The notes: generated by a model not told the origin, from the letters alone. 64,000 bases of DNA from Dehalococcoidia bacterium (GCA_965247645.1 OZ252024.1:865683-929682); one strand, 5' to 3'. Positions 47,870 through 57,739 are shown, counted from the stretch's first letter. A program made the numbers and translations.

Positions 47870-48962
47870 ATGAAATCCATGTACAAGCCCATCTTACTGA
47901 TATTGGCGATGGTGACCGTCATTGCTGCAATGGCCTGCAGCTCGGAAGACCCCACCGCTACGCCGACCACGGCGCCTACGCCGACCACGGCGCCTACGGC
48001 CACCGCCATGGTGATGCCGGAAGTCGAGAAAGAGGTCATTGTCTTCAGCGACCTTAACTGGACCAGCGCCCAGGTGCAGAACAGAATCGCCCAGTACATC
48101 GTGGAAGAGGGCTACGGCTATCCCACGGACGTCGTTTTCGGCGCCACACTACCCCTGCTCGCCGGTCTGCGAAAAGGCGACACCCAAGTAACTATGGAGA
48201 TATGGCTCCCCAACCAGCTTGAAGCTTGGACGGAGGCTGTCGACAACGGCGAGGTGGAAGCCTTAGGCGAGAGCCTGGGGAAGGACTGGCAATCGGCCTT
48301 TGTGATTCCGGCATACCTCCAGGAGCAATACCCGGAACTGGACAGCATTGAGGACCTCAAGGACGATCAGTTCAAAGAGCTGTTCGACGACCTCGGAGAC
48401 CGGGGGCAAGGCCCGCCTGGTGTCCTGCGTCATCGGCTGGGCCTGCGAGGAGGTCAATGCCGAGCAGATCGAATCGTACGGGCTGTCTGACCACGTCTAC
48501 GTAATCAACCCGGGGGACGGCGCAGCTGCCAATGCAGATCTGTACGGCGCCTATGAGAAGGAAGAACCCTGGCTTGGCTACCAGTGGGGCACCAACGACC
48601 CCGCTTTGCTACTGGATCTCGTCCGCCTCGAAGAGCCACTCTATAGCGACGAGTGCTGGGCTTCCGGCAAGGCCTGCGGGTACGAGGACGCCACGATTCT
48701 GATTGGCATAAATACCGAAATAAACGACAGGGCGCCCGATGTCGTTGACATGCTGAATGAGTGGGGCTTCAACATAAACCGCTTCAAGGAAGTTGCCGCT
48801 TGGCAGAATGACAACCCGGATGCCGACATCAATGACGCCGCTCTCTGGTGGATGAATGGCAATACAGACGTCTGGAGTGAGTGGGTTACGGACGAGGCCG
48901 AGGCCGCCATCATGGGAGCCCTCGCAGCTAACGAGACACCGGACGGCTGGCCGACAGGATAG
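47870..48962 (+). pseudogene. proX: Glycine betaine ABC substrate-binding lipoprotein (ProX/OpuAC-type), split by a frameshift
   Basis: ORF 47870..48490 carries the signal with AMAC lipobox, PT linker and N-terminal lobe. The family continues in ORF 48348..48962 (ETGGKARLVSCVIGWACEEVN...EPWLGYQWGTNDP). The frame switch maps to about 48380-48395. Confidence 0.75.
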
Positions 48963-49023
48963 CCCCGCCTGCAACGGGCAACATAACCAGTGAAAAGCAG
49001 CGCGGAGACCTGCGAGACCGGGC

Positions 49024-49458
49024 GTGCGGCCAAGAGTCGTTGCGCCCGGTCGGAGCAGGTATAGGCGCGTCTTGACCCTCCTGTTGGTTGGAGTCGGCGG
49101 CCTTCTTGGCGCGTCCATGCGCTACCTGGCGGCGGCCTGGGTGCAGAACGCGGTCGGCAGCGCCGGCTTCCCGTACGGGACACTGGCGGTGAACGCAGCG
49201 GGCTGCTTGCTGATTGGCTTGGTCGTCGGGTTCTTTGAGGCGCGGCAGCCGTTAAGCTCCGAGGCGCAGGCGTTCGTGATAGTCGGCGTTCTTGGGGGGT
49301 TCACCACCTTCTCGGCTTTCGGCATGGACACAATCAGGCTGCTCCGAGACGGCGCCTACCTTGCCGGCTCCGCCAACGTGGTTTTGCAGGTAGCCATTGG
49401 CCTGTCCGCGGTGGCGGTCGGCCTCCGGCTGGGGCAGTGGATCCAGGCGAGGGTATAG
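49024..49458 (+). CDS. crcB: Fluoride ion channel CrcB/FluC
   Basis: GVGGLLGASMRYL..., GTLAVNAAGCLLIG, VGVLGGFTTFSAF. The true start may be the in-frame TTG at 49072. Confidence 0.85.
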   Translation: MRPRVVAPGRSRYRRVLTLLLVGVGGLLGASMRYLAAAWVQNAVGSAGFPYGTLAVNAAGCLLIGLVVGFFEARQPLSSEAQAFVIVGVLGGFTTFSAFGMDTIRLLRDGAYLAGSANVVLQVAIGLSAVAVGLRLGQWIQARV

Positions 49459-49519
49459 CCGCGCGACGCCGGGCGGTGCGGCCCCGCTCGGAGGCGGGAA
49501 TGACGGTGAAGGCCCCCCC

Positions 49520-50107
49520 TCACACCACCAGCGCCGAGCCCCGCGGACGCGCTTTGCCGCCATGCACCGATGGCTCGGCGCACCACTTGGCGGACAGCCG
49601 TCGCACCGCCTCGTAAGTGGCGTGGTCGAAGCCGAGGAGGTCGCAGACGGCGCGCTGTGGGACGGACACCAGGCGCGCCATGTCCGCCAGGTCCTCAAGG
49701 TCGCTGTCCAGCCAGCCGGACTCCGGAAAGCGGCGCACGTCCTGGGCCTCCTCGGTGAAGACGCAGTAGGAGATGCGGGCCGACGACAGCGCGGCACGGA
49801 GGTCGTCGGCATTGGCGACCTCCTCCGGGTAGCGCAGGGCTATCACTGCTTCGATGACGCGGCCGTTGGATGCCACCTCCAGCCCAAGACGTTCCTTCGC
49901 CTCCATTTCGACTGTGTGAGCAGGCATATACTCCGCCTCGACGACGACAGGCGCGCGGCCTGGCGCGGTGATCAGGATATCGGGGCGCAGCCCGGGATGG
50001 CCGGAGATGGCCTGGGTGTTCTCGGAGCGGACGCTGCTACGGGGCAGCATGGCCTGGAGCAGGCTGCCCGTTGCGTTGTTGGCGCTTGGCTCAGTCTGAT
50101 GGGGCAT
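49520..50107 (-). CDS. Hypothetical protein, possible PD-(D/E)xK-like nuclease fold
   Basis: GLRPDILITAPGRAPVVVEAEYMPA resembles a D...ExE/K nuclease core (no Lys). 195 aa. The C-terminal 40 aa look compositionally odd, so the gene may be truncated or disrupted. Confidence 0.4.
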   Translation of the reverse strand: MPHQTEPSANNATGSLLQAMLPRSSVRSENTQAISGHPGLRPDILITAPGRAPVVVEAEYMPAHTVEMEAKERLGLEVASNGRVIEAVIALRYPEEVANADDLRAALSSARISYCVFTEEAQDVRRFPESGWLDSDLEDLADMARLVSVPQRAVCDLLGFDHATYEAVRRLSAKWCAEPSVHGGKARPRGSALVV

Positions 50108-50171
50108 TGACAGATATTAGCATATCCGCTAAGTTGACGTTACCACCCCAGCGATTGCATCGCTGGCCTGA

Positions 50172-50200
50172 CGCCTCCCTTGTGGAGGCGTTTATTATTG
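50172..50200 (+). terminator. Stem-loop followed by a T-rich tract (intrinsic-terminator-like on + strand)
   Basis: ACGCCTCC-cttgt-GGAGGCGT then ttattatt. A second hairpin, CCAGCGAT-tgc-ATCGCTGG, lies just upstream. No obvious + strand gene ends here. Confidence 0.3.
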
Positions 50201-50473
50201 CTATTCAACGCTCCCCTCGCGGCTCAACCCAGGGCGCTGCTGCCCTGCCTCGATCTCGCCGAGCATGGTCTCTATATCGGCCGTGGGGAAGCTGTGCCGT
50301 GACGGATCGGCAATGGCGCGCAGCTTGGCCTCGGCACTCCCTTCCTCGTAGCTCCCTTGCCACGCGCAGCGCCTGGCGGACCCATTCCGCTACGGTTAGA
50401 CGCTGTCTGCGGGCGGCTTAAGGATTTCCAGGAACTCATCTACATCGATCAGGACCTGAAGGCGTTTGGGCAT
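50195..50473 (-). pseudogene. Ribbon-helix-helix (VapB-like) antitoxin with two frameshifts; no cognate toxin downstream
   Basis: Frame X gives MPKRLQVLIDVDEFLEILK. Frame Z gives AARRQRLTVAEWVRQALRVARE. Frame X resumes with GSAEAKLRAIADPSRHSFPTADIETMLGEIEAG. Together these reconstruct the common PIN-associated RHH antitoxin. Confidence 0.65.
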
Positions 50474-50530
50474 GGTTATAGTATAATTCACTCATGGCGA
50501 GTTAGTCGAGGAGCGGAAGCAGGTCGGGGC

Positions 50531-51205
50531 TCATGCTCCTGGATTTGAGTTCTCATTGGCAAGTTTCTCAATGCAGTCCCAACTCAGCGCGTTCCTTTTC
50601 TCAAGCCAGCCTTGAGCGACCATGAATTTGGCCTGTAGGGTGTTCCTCAGGTTCTCTATCGACCTATTTGCGAGGCGAACCGGAGTTTTGCACTTCTCAT
50701 CTCTGTGCAATATCCTCATTCGGTTCTGTTGCACATTTTGCAGGAGTAGCCTCTGAGTTGACCTGCTCACGGAGTTCCGCCAACGTAAGATTCGCCCCTT
50801 TACGGCTGTTGCATCGTTCACACAGTAAGGTGTAGTTCGAAGCGTCGCTCCGTCCACCCTTTGCGCGAGGAACGATATGGTCCACCTGTATCTCTTTGAA
50901 CCGGCATCGCTTACCCATCCCCTGCATTCCGGTGATTCCCTGAACAGTGCCCGTTTAGGGTCAGCGTTCACGCGGTTCACCCTCCTCAGATGGGCTCTGA
51001 GGGCACGGGTTATGTCTTGCCACTGGCAACTGGAGCTGAAGCATGTGGCGCGTATGCCATTCGGCGTGTCAAAGACTGCACAGTTCCCGGGGGAGCGGTC
51101 CATGCCCGAATGCGTCGGCGCAGGGCATGGAATGCGCCAGAACTTCCCGCCGGTGGTCCAAGCTGTAGGGAAATAGGCTAGTGCTAAATCTCTTGCGGTC
51201 GGCAT
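50531..51205 (-). pseudogene. Zinc-finger (primase CHC2-like) plus HNH endonuclease gene, split over two reading frames
   Basis: The long frame gives WRIPCPAPTHSGMDRSPGNCAVFDTPNGIRATCFSSSCQWQDI. The HNH core KRCRFKEIQVDHIVPRAKGGRSDASNYTLLCERCNSRKG lies in the overlapping frame 50697..50927. The switch is near 50930-50945. Confidence 0.6.
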
Positions 51206-51300
51206 AAGAACTTCCTGTTGTCCGCGCTATCCGTAGCAAGGGACCCTGGGAAATGCAACAGAACCCTCATTGCGTCTCCTTTCAGCTATTCAACTCTTGT

Positions 51301-52758
51301 TTACGGCCCACCGCCACCAGCCTCCGACAGCAGCTTGTTGTAGATGCGGACCATCGCCTCCGTGTCACGCTCGCAGTAGGCCAGCAGCGCTTGCCGGATC
51401 GACGCCTTCTCAGACGCAGGCGCGTCAGCGGCGGTCATGCGGGCGTAGGCCATCGACGCGGCCATGCCGTCCTGGACATCCAGGTCGGCGTAGTCCATGT
51501 CGGGGACAAGTGCCGGCAGCACGGACTTGAGGGAGTAGCTGCCGTTGAACCCAGGATGGTAGTAGCCGCCCCGGACCAGCTTCAGCAGATCGACCACCCG
51601 GTCGCACAGGGCAAGCAGGCCGTCCTTGTGATGCGGGAACCCCTCCGCCAGCTCCCGCATCATCGTCTTCTCGTACGGCGAGTAGGCGACGATTGAGCCC
51701 TCGATGGGGACCGCTTCCAGCAGGCCGGTTATGAAACGCTCCCTGGGATCCTCCGCATCGCCGTTCAAAAACGAAGCATGGCTCAGCCGCCTGCCAGCGT
51801 CCAGGACGTGCATCGACCACTGGAACGGGACTCTCTGGTACGGCCTTGTCACGACGTATACCGGAACGGCTGGACCGACGGTCTCGAAGTCCAGGAAGGC
51901 GGCAGGGAAGGCTATCTCCCCCAGGCGAGAGGCTCGGGCTGCAAGCCACGCTGTTTCTGCGGCTCCCGGGAAATCCGGCGGGATGCCTCCAATCTCCCGG
52001 ATTCCCGACGCCTTCAGGCGCTCGTAATCCCCACGCTTCAACCTGGGCAGGTCTGTGATTGGCTGCTCTGGCTCATCCTGGTGGCAGTGGCCGTAAAAGG
52101 AGCACCGGTGGGGGCTAGTGCAGTGAAGTCCGACCGCGATGTCCGGCGCGTGGTCAAGTTGCAGCGCCTCCCACATCCGGTCCAGGTCGTTGGGCACGCT
52201 CTCCGCCACAAACGCCCTGGCGCGGTCGGAGACGTCCTCCAGGGTGAACAGTTGCTCCAGGTCGTGGTCGCCGCCCTGGTACACATAAGCCTTGTTGATG
52301 TACATCAGGTACGCCCTGTCGATGCGAACGCCGCAGCCCTCCGCGGCGTACACCTGTATAGCCACGTCCGTGACGTGCTCCGGCTTGACCGACGTGGTGG
52401 ATTTGGCCTCCACAAGATCGAACCCCTGCCAGCCGTTCCGCCTGAGCACGTCGATTCGCGTCCTGATGCCCTGGAAGGTGAATGCGGCCTCGTACAGGGC
52501 CGGGATGCCGTCGTCGGCCAGAAGGGCCTTGGTCGTCTCGACCGCCTGCGCGTGCTCCAGGTACGTCTCCTGGACGAGCCTGCCGTTGGGGAACCGACGC
52601 CGCGCCAACTCGCCGACGGCTGTGCCGGAGTCGAATATCGCCTGCAGTCCCGCGCCAACCGGGTCGGCAAGCTCCCGGTGGTAGGCTTCCAGGTAAAGCC
52701 GTTTCAGGCACTGGCGGCCGTATTGGAACCTGGACTTGGATAGAAGCGCTGTGGCCAT
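51301..52758 (-). CDS. DUF2779-family protein (Cas4-like PD-(D/E)xK nuclease N-domain plus RNase-H-like C-domain)
   Basis: LSKSRFQYGRQCLKRLYLE..., IDVL...FDLVEAKS, four Cys (C17 and CTSPHRCSFYGHC), FLDFET...PFQWSMH...YCERDTEAMV; 485 aa, intact. Confidence 0.8.
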   Translation of the reverse strand: MATALLSKSRFQYGRQCLKRLYLEAYHRELADPVGAGLQAIFDSGTAVGELARRRFPNGRLVQETYLEHAQAVETTKALLADDGIPALYEAAFTFQGIRTRIDVLRRNGWQGFDLVEAKSTTSVKPEHVTDVAIQVYAAEGCGVRIDRAYLMYINKAYVYQGGDHDLEQLFTLEDVSDRARAFVAESVPNDLDRMWEALQLDHAPDIAVGLHCTSPHRCSFYGHCHQDEPEQPITDLPRLKRGDYERLKASGIREIGGIPPDFPGAAETAWLAARASRLGEIAFPAAFLDFETVGPAVPVYVVTRPYQRVPFQWSMHVLDAGRRLSHASFLNGDAEDPRERFITGLLEAVPIEGSIVAYSPYEKTMMRELAEGFPHHKDGLLALCDRVVDLLKLVRGGYYHPGFNGSYSLKSVLPALVPDMDYADLDVQDGMAASMAYARMTAADAPASEKASIRQALLAYCERDTEAMVRIYNKLLSEAGGGGP

Positions 52759-52947
52759 TCGTACACCCCCACTCGATTGTCTCTACGCGCTTCCAATTGT
52801 ATACGAACTGGGGAAGCGTTGGCAGCCGGCGAAGGCGGGCCTGGGGCCGGGCATTCTCAACATGTGTTGGTAATGGCGCACGACACCGCTCATACTGAGC
52901 TTGTCGAAGTAAGTGAGCGGTGGCAGCTACGCCCGCAGTCTACCCGC

Positions 52948-53304
52948 TCATATGGTTCGAGATTCCTCTTTCTCAATTGACACTAAATCTTCAGTCGGGA
53001 TACCCAGGATGATGCTGACGTTGTTGCCACGGTCGATTACGATTCGATCCACGATTAGCCGCAGGATGTCCCGGCGCTCCTCGGAGGATAAGTTGCCCAA
53101 CCCATTCCCAACTCTACCAGTCCACTCGATGATGTTCTCCATAAGAACGCTGTTCTTCGCTGCCAACGACGCTTGGGCGCGGTAGTCATCGAGCTTCACC
53201 CGCGCGGCTTCCAGACGTTCGAGTACGAGCTTGCGCTGATGGTCGAGCTGTCCCTCTGTGATCTTACCGGACACATACAGGCCAATTACCCTGTCGTCTT
53301 CCAA
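52948..53304 (-). pseudogene. C-terminal fragment of a large serine recombinase
   Basis: Coiled-coil and tail region: GKITEGQLDHQRKLVLERLEAARVKLDDYR...LSSEERRDILRLIVDRIVIDRGNNVSIILGIP. No catalytic N-domain. Confidence 0.5.
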
Positions 53305-53600
53305 CTGGATTCCCCGGAGCTTACGCTCTGCGTTACGAGCGGTTCCGGTGGATGCCAGTCAGGCGGATCAACATTCCCAAGCCTAACGGCAATACCCGCC
53401 CCCTGGACATACCGGCGTGGACGGACAAGATGCCGCAAGAGGTCATCCGGATGATTCTGGAGACCTACTAGGAGCTGCAGTTCTCCGACAGTTCCCACGG
53501 CTTCCGGCCCCGCCAGAGGCGCCACACCGCCCTAAGCGATGTGACCAACACATCACCTTGGCGGCGCGCCGGGGCGGGCGCCACGGTGGACCGCGGTAGA
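53302..53600 (+). pseudogene. Group II intron reverse-transcriptase fragment (RT motifs 0-2 only, in-frame stop)
   Basis: YERFRWMPVRRINIPKPNGNTRPLDIPAWTDKMPQEVIRMILETY*ELQFSDSSHGFRPRQRRHTAL closely parallels LtrA-type RTs (PVRRMYIPK...RPLGIPTFTDKLIQEAVR..LE.IYEP.F...SHGFRP..SCHTAL). TAG at 53469-53471. Confidence 0.75.
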
Positions 53601-53670
53601 TGGACCCGCCCTGGACGGTGGTAGCATTTGACTGAGCAACCACTTATAACTTACGCTACTGACTACGTAG

Positions 53671-54807
53671 ATGAGCCAAATTGAGTTGGTAACTGGGGGG
53701 TCTCGCCTAGCCGAAGTCGTCGATCATATATCGAGGGCGCCGCGAGTAGCAGTCGACATCGAGTCGAACGGGTTCTTCAGGTATCACGAGCGCGTCTGCC
53801 TCGTGCAGCTCGCATCAGCCGAAACTGCCTTCGTCGTCGATCCGTTGGCAATAGACGATGTCCGACCGCTTGGTGATCTTCTCGGTGACCGATCGGTGGA
53901 AAAGGTATTCCATGCCGCCGACTACGACCTCCGTAGTCTCGACAGGGACTGGGGATTTCGGGTGAACAACTTGTTCGACACCGGTATTGCCGCCGCCTTC
54001 GTTGGCTCAGAGCAGCTGGGCTTGCAGGCCGTGGTGGAGGAGCACGCGGGGGTGGCATTGGTCAAGGACCGGAGACTCCAGAGGTCAGACTGGACGATGC
54101 GGCCCCTAAGCCCTGAAGCGCTGACGTACGCAGGAGACGACGTCCTGCACCTTTTGCAGGTCCGCGAATCACTTTCGGCGCGGCTAGAGACGCTATCGCG
54201 GCTCGCATGGGCGCAGGAGGAGTTCGCACGTCAGGAGAACATGAAGTATACTCCTCCCGAACGCGAGTTGGCCTTCCTTTCGATCAAGGGTAGCCGCGAT
54301 CTGGACGGGAGGGGTTTGGCTATTCTGCGCTCTCTGTACCAATTCCGCGAACAAGAGGCCAAGCGTCTCGACCGTCCGTTCTTCAAAGTGATACCGGATT
54401 CCGCGCTCGTCATGCTGTCGTCCGAGCCCGAGGCCGACCTCTCGGCCGTCAAAGGGCTGGGCCGGTTCGGTCATCCCCCTGCCAACAGAGACCTGAAAGC
54501 CGCCATACACGAAGGGCTCAGGTCCGGCCCAGTGACTCGGCCGAGGCGGACACAGAGTGAAGAGAAATTGAGCCCAGCAGAGCGAGAGAGGGTCAGGACT
54601 CGCTCCAAGAGTCTCAAGACGTGGCGCAGCCAGTTGGGAAAGGAACTATCTATGGACTCAGGCCTGCTGTGGCCAGCCGTGAGCCTGGAGCGCCTGGCTC
54701 GGCGCCCAAGTGGCTTGCGCTCCGAACTCGTTAGCCCTGAGGTCCGGAGTTGGCAGAAGCGCGAGTTCAGCTCGGCGCTGAGGAGAGTTCTCGCAACTTT
54801 GAGTTGA
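53671..54807 (+). CDS. rnd: Ribonuclease D
   Basis: DEDD exonuclease motifs VAVDIESNG, FHAADYDLRSL and YAGDDVLHLL, plus an HRDC-like region LRSLYQFREQEAKRLDRPFFKV. Confidence 0.85.
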   Translation: MSQIELVTGGSRLAEVVDHISRAPRVAVDIESNGFFRYHERVCLVQLASAETAFVVDPLAIDDVRPLGDLLGDRSVEKVFHAADYDLRSLDRDWGFRVNNLFDTGIAAAFVGSEQLGLQAVVEEHAGVALVKDRRLQRSDWTMRPLSPEALTYAGDDVLHLLQVRESLSARLETLSRLAWAQEEFARQENMKYTPPERELAFLSIKGSRDLDGRGLAILRSLYQFREQEAKRLDRPFFKVIPDSALVMLSSEPEADLSAVKGLGRFGHPPANRDLKAAIHEGLRSGPVTRPRRTQSEEKLSPAERERVRTRSKSLKTWRSQLGKELSMDSGLLWPAVSLERLARRPSGLRSELVSPEVRSWQKREFSSALRRVLATLS

Positions 54808-55014
54808 GCCACTTCGGGCAGCTACGGTACGGAGTTCACGGCCGAGGAGCCGGTGAAGCCGAAAAGCCGCAGACGGGAGCCGAAGCCCGCCGCCGTGACC
54901 CTTTTCGAGTGAGCTTTTGGACTGGAGCGGGAGGAGTGTCTGGTCGGCGCCGGAATCGTCCCCCGGTCTGGGAACCAGGTTCTGAGTGTTCACGGCAGAG
55001 CGCAAACGGATGGC

Positions 55015-56853
55015 TTAATCCCGGCTGCGGGCTCCGTCGCGGCGTTTACGCTTACGGTCCAAGGCAGAGAGTTCCGCCTTGCGAAGACGAAGATTCAAGG
55101 GTGTGACTTCCAGCAGTTCGTCGTCAGAAATGAACGACAGGGCCTCCTCCAGGCTCATCCTCACAGTGGCGTTGAGGCGTTTGGTCACTTCAGACGTTGA
55201 CGACCGCATATTGGTCAGCTTCTTTTCCTTGCAGACGTTGATCTCAATGTCGCCTTCGCGGCGGTGGGAGCCGACAATCATCCCTGCATAGACCATAATG
55301 CCGGGATCGATGAAGGTGTCGCCCCGACCTTGTGCGTTGAGCAAGCCGTAAGTGACAGCCACGCCGCCCTCGGACGCCACGAGTGAACCGTCGCGCTGGG
55401 ACCTGATTTCACCTTCCATAGGCTCGTAGGAGGTGAAGAAGCTGCTCTTCACTCCATCGCCCCGGGTGGTCCGAAGAAAGAAGGAGTTGAATCCTATCAG
55501 TCCCCGGGTAGGTATCTTGTACTCCATGTGGACGTAACCGTTCTCGTCGTACCGCATGTCCCGGAGCTGAGCCAAATGGGCGGAGAGGTACTCGGTCAGC
55601 ACACCCACATACTCTTCGTGAGCGCTGATATTCAGAATTTCGTAGGGCTCGTATACTTTGCCGTCGATCACCTTGGTGACGGGTGTGGGACGGGACACCT
55701 GAAACTCGAATTGTTCACGGCGCATTGTCTCGACCAGAATGGACAGGTGCAACTCACCCCGTCCTGCGACTACGAATACGTCCGCGCTGGGGGTGGCGTC
55801 CACTCGCAGGCTGACATTGGTCCGCAGTTCTCTAATCAGCCGTTCGTGAAGATTGCGGGAAGTGCAATGGTCACCATCCCGTCCCATGAATGGAGAATTG
55901 CTCACGCCGAAGGTCATGCGCACCGTGGGTTCGTTGATGTCGATAGTCGGCAGGGCCTTCGGGCATTCCGGCGAAGCAATGGTGTCGCCGATGGACACGT
56001 CTTCAGGGCCAGTCACAGCCACGATGTCCCCGGCGTGGGCTTCGGGTATTTCAACTCGCTCCATACCGCGAAACACGAAGATGCGCTCGAGGTTGTGGAT
56101 GGTTGCCTGGCCGTCGCGGCCCAGCAGAGCCACGGCATCCCGCAGCCGGAGCGTGCCATTGGAGATTCGGCCCACGGACACTTGACCCAGATAGTTGTCG
56201 TAGTCCAAGGCCGCCACCAGCATTTGCAGCGGTGCGCCGGGGTCGCCGGTGGGCGGCGGCACCGACTCCAATATCGCTTGGAAAAGAGGCTGCATATCCA
56301 CCCCTGGCGCGTTCGGGTCCGTGGTGGCGCAGCCCTGGCGGGCCGAAGTGTACAGCACCGGATAATCCAGTTGGTCATCCCTCGTAACCACGTTTAGGAA
56401 CAGGTCCTGGACCATCGCGACAACCTCCGTCACGCGGGCCTCAGGGCGGTCGATCTTGTTGATGACCACAATTGGTTTAACGTTCTGCTGGAGGGCTTGG
56501 CGCAACACATAGGTAGTCTGGGGCATGGGGCCGTCAACGGCGTCCACCAACAGCAGGCAGCCATCGGCCATATTCATGACGCGTTCCACCTCGCCGCTGA
56601 AATCGGCGTGGCCCGGCGTGTCGATAATGTTGATCCGGACGCCGCCGTAGGAGACCGAGGCGTTCTTGGCCAGGATCGTAATGCCGCGCTCTCGTTCCAG
56701 AGGGTTGGTGTCCATAATCAAAGCGCCCACCTGTTGGTGGTCCCGAAAGACTTGCCCTTGCTTCAACAAGGCGTCGACCAGAGTGGTCTTGCCGTGGTCG
56801 ACGTGGGCAATAATGGCCAGGTTGCGAATTGCGTTGTTTTGGCAGTCAGTCAA
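55015..56853 (-). CDS. typA: Translational GTPase TypA/BipA
   Basis: [41 protein letters not shown]; 612 aa. Confidence 0.95.
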   Translation of the reverse strand: MTDCQNNAIRNLAIIAHVDHGKTTLVDALLKQGQVFRDHQQVGALIMDTNPLERERGITILAKNASVSYGGVRINIIDTPGHADFSGEVERVMNMADGCLLLVDAVDGPMPQTTYVLRQALQQNVKPIVVINKIDRPEARVTEVVAMVQDLFLNVVTRDDQLDYPVLYTSARQGCATTDPNAPGVDMQPLFQAILESVPPPTGDPGAPLQMLVAALDYDNYLGQVSVGRISNGTLRLRDAVALLGRDGQATIHNLERIFVFRGMERVEIPEAHAGDIVAVTGPEDVSIGDTIASPECPKALPTIDINEPTVRMTFGVSNSPFMGRDGDHCTSRNLHERLIRELRTNVSLRVDATPSADVFVVAGRGELHLSILVETMRREQFEFQVSRPTPVTKVIDGKVYEPYEILNISAHEEYVGVLTEYLSAHLAQLRDMRYDENGYVHMEYKIPTRGLIGFNSFFLRTTRGDGVKSSFFTSYEPMEGEIRSQRDGSLVASEGGVAVTYGLLNAQGRGDTFIDPGIMVYAGMIVGSHRREGDIEINVCKEKKLTNMRSSTSEVTKRLNATVRMSLEEALSFISDDELLEVTPLNLRLRKAELSALDRKRKRRDGARSRD

Positions 56854-56949
56854 ATCTATTCACCTCACATATTAAGACATACTATCATAACAGGAAGATG
56901 GACTAATTGCTGGGTTTTACACCCATTTTCAAAGCCCAATCCGAAACCG

Positions 56950-57102
56950 AACTTGAGATACCTGTCGGAGGCGACGCTTGGGCACGACGGCGCAGACCTG
57001 CTCATCGCCGCCACGGCGCTGGAACACGGCCTGACAGTCGTTACCCGCAATGTCCGCCACTTCGAGCCGACGGGAGTCCCTACACTGAATCCCTTCGAGT
57101 GA
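56950..57102 (+). pseudogene. C-terminal fragment of a PIN-domain (VapC-like) toxin
   Basis: RYLSEATLGHDGADLLIAATALEHGLTVVTRNVRHFEPTGVPTLNPFE*. Only the last 50 aa or so of the fold are present. Confidence 0.6.
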
Positions 57103-57166
57103 GCTAGTAATTGGTCGCGAGCTAGAAGTGGTGAGACGATTCACTGGCTCCTTTTTTCTCTACATT

Positions 57167-57240
57167 GGGCCAGTAGCTCAGGAGGTTAGAGCAACAGCCT
57201 TCTAAGCCGTGGGTTGCGGGTTCGAGTCCTGCCTGGGGCG
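57167..57240 (+). tRNA. tRNA-Arg(TCT)-like sequence with imperfect acceptor and anticodon stems
   Basis: The D arm gctc-aggaggtta-gagc and T arm gcggg-ttcgagt-cctgc are good, and the anticodon loop is ctTCTaa. However, acceptor gggccag/ctggggc has G2:G71 and G3:G70 mismatches, and the anticodon stem has one A:C. No CCA. Confidence 0.5.
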
Positions 57241-57739
57241 CTTTCCTTGTGTTGCGGCCTATGTCTCCAATTCCTCACCAAGCTTGCGTTTCTCGGCCCC
57301 GTCGCGCCATATTAGCCAAGCGGAGGGTTTCGATGGGCTCACAGGGCCCCATCCGCATCTCAAAGATGGTACTGACTACCGTCCACCCAGCCCCCCCAGT
57401 TTTGGCCTTCGTGTTCTGAATGTATAACTGGCCGCAACGGACACTGCTCTATTAGCCAAGAATCATGGCCGGCGAGTCGAAGGGCCGCCGCAACGAGTGC
57501 GACGGCCTCTTTTGCCACCTGACGTGTCCGATTTGCGCCTTCGCCCGGACCGTCTGGAGTTCTTGGTTCTTCGACAACGGAGAGTAGGACCTTCATAGTC
57601 CTGCGAGGTGTCCACTCGCTGCCTTGAGTCTGCGACTACGGCTTCGTGGGTTTCGAATTACGCAAGCTATGCACGAATGAATGCGTCTGGTTTCGCATAA
57701 TCTTAAGAGAAATGTAAGAAAAGGCTTGTCAATAATGAC

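Noticed and set aside
47870-48962. Programmed ribosomal frameshifting in proX (and in the ZnF-HNH gene).
   Set aside because: No slippery heptamer or downstream structure was seen at the frame-change sites. A simple indel or assembly error is more parsimonious.
48963-49023. Fluoride riboswitch (crcB motif) upstream of crcB.
   Set aside because: I could not find the conserved crcB-motif core by eye in the 60-nt leader. It needs an Infernal/Rfam scan to be certain.
57360-57596. 78-aa ORF (MKVLLSVVEEPRTPDG...) as a HicB-like antitoxin.
   Set aside because: Only a vague N-terminal resemblance. There is no partner toxin and the composition is consistent with non-coding DNA.
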